In this document: positions 5,585 through 6,020 of the stretch, one piece after another
Layout of the letters: each line of letters starts with the position of its first letter
Position numbering within the stretch: the first letter of the stretch is position 1
Source: a virus
Taxonomy: Duplodnaviria > Heunggongvirae > Uroviricota > Caudoviricetes
IMG/VR virus record: IMGVR_UViG_2778261349_000007
Location: 1 to 6,020 of that record
Reading direction: 5' to 3' (one strand)
DNA length: 6,020 nt
Notes under the pieces: model-generated
Told to the model about the DNA's origin: nothing
Seen by the model: only the letters and a program-made list of their open reading frames with translations
Database searches by the model: none
Position numbers and translations under genes: made by a program

Positions 5585-5705
5585 TGTTAAACAATCTGTT
5601 ATAGAGAAGAAGAACGGATCTGACTTTTGCCAGAAAATTTTCATAAACAGATAAAATCCGCGAGGTCGCCGCCCCGTAACGGGCCATAATTCCAGGAAGG
5701 ACCCG
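5585..5705 (-). other. Second, complete lambda-like cos site in inverted orientation (cosQ-like, cosN, lambda-like cosB motifs on the minus strand)
   Basis: The minus strand reads cgggtccttcctggaattatggcccgttacg-GGGCGGCGACCT-cgcggattttatctgtTTATGAAAATTTTCtggcaaaagtcagatCCGTTCTTCTTCtct. cosN core is at 5663-5674 (forward aggtcgccgccc). TTTATGAAAATTTTC (forward 5633-5647) and CCGTTCTTCTTC (forward 5606-5617) match the remembered lambda cosB left-end sequence, including the R3-like element. It is convergent with the 4764-4830 cos, and the two flank the Nu1-like gene. Confidence 0.75.
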
Positions 5706-5738
5706 ACGACACCAGACTATCAGAACGATGGGGGCACA

Positions 5739-6020
5739 ATGACAGAAGCCGAACTACTGCGATTAATCCGTCGCGTTGCCGAAATCAGCCAGCAGGCTGA
5801 CGAACAGGCCACGCAGCCGGACAGCGTGACCGCCGAAAATTATGCGCGTGTGGTTGCTGAGGTGATGCGCCGTGACGGTATTGAGCTTAACGGCGTGGAT
5901 ATGCGCGACATACGGATCCGCGTTCTGGAAATGCTGGCCTACAATCGCCGCGTTGAACTGTATCGGGAGAAAGAAAAAATTACGTACCACTGGAAGAAGC
6001 CGGAGCGGTTACGGCGATAA
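5739..6020 (+). CDS. Hypothetical protein (93 aa)
   Basis: ORF with GGGGG SD-like run (5730-5734) 4 nt before ATG 5739; stop TAA at 6018-6020 (window end). No recognisable motif. Confidence 0.55.
   Translation: MTEAELLRLIRRVAEISQQADEQATQPDSVTAENYARVVAEVMRRDGIELNGVDMRDIRIRVLEMLAYNRRVELYREKEKITYHWKKPERLRR

Noticed and set aside
5054-5687. ORFs 5054..5242 (-), 5224..5430 (+), 5463..5687 (-)
   Set aside because: The first two are inside the Nu1-like gene. The third runs through the terminator hairpin and the inverted cos site, which are better explained as structured non-coding DNA.
4764-5705. Site-specific invertible segment (inverted repeats flanking the small-terminase gene, flip-switch style)
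   Set aside because: The inverted repeats are full cos sites (cosQ-cosN-cosB), not short recombinase crossover sites, and no invertase or recombinase gene is in the window. Inversion by homologous recombination remains possible but is not the simplest reading.
5763-5990. Minus-strand ORF 5763..5990
   Set aside because: Antisense shadow of the + strand 93-aa ORF, which has an SD-like element and proper start context.
1-6020. Canonical lambdoid prophage head region
   Set aside because: Gene order and content do not match (replication genes abut the capsid genes, D follows E, Nu1 is downstream of the capsid genes, and A/W/B/C/Nu3 are absent), despite strong similarity of individual proteins and cos to lambda.
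1-6020. tRNA, rRNA or insertion-sequence features
   Set aside because: No cloverleaf-compatible segments, no rRNA-like conserved stretches, and no transposase-like ORFs or terminal inverted repeats of IS type were seen.

Overview
All supported genes lie on the + strand and the window appears cut at gene boundaries (ATG at 1, stop at 6018-6020). It holds two back-to-back modules. (1) A replication module: a RepA/RecA-like P-loop helicase-initiator (1-1410), an iteron-type origin (1411-1613) of AGTGGGGAG-like repeats around an AT-rich core, a small ORF, and an SSB-like protein with a C-terminal ...DNIPF tail. (2) A compact lambda-type head/packaging module in non-lambda order: a 68-aa ORF, a gpE-like major capsid protein, a gpD-like decoration protein, a 137-aa ORF, a terminator, a lambda-type cosQ-cosN site (GGGCGGCGACCT at 4796-4807), and a Nu1-like terminase small subunit. 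Downstream of the small-terminase gene sits a second, complete lambda-like cos in inverted orientation (cosN on the minus strand at 5663-5674, with lambda-like cosB motifs), and a third degenerate cos-like copy follows the ssb terminator (2322-2370). No large terminase, portal, protease or tail genes are present in the window. My reading is a capsid-encoding, cos-packaged phage satellite or mosaic element that parasitises a lambda-like helper, not a canonical lambdoid prophage. All homology calls are from reading the translations against remembered lambda proteins, not from a search.
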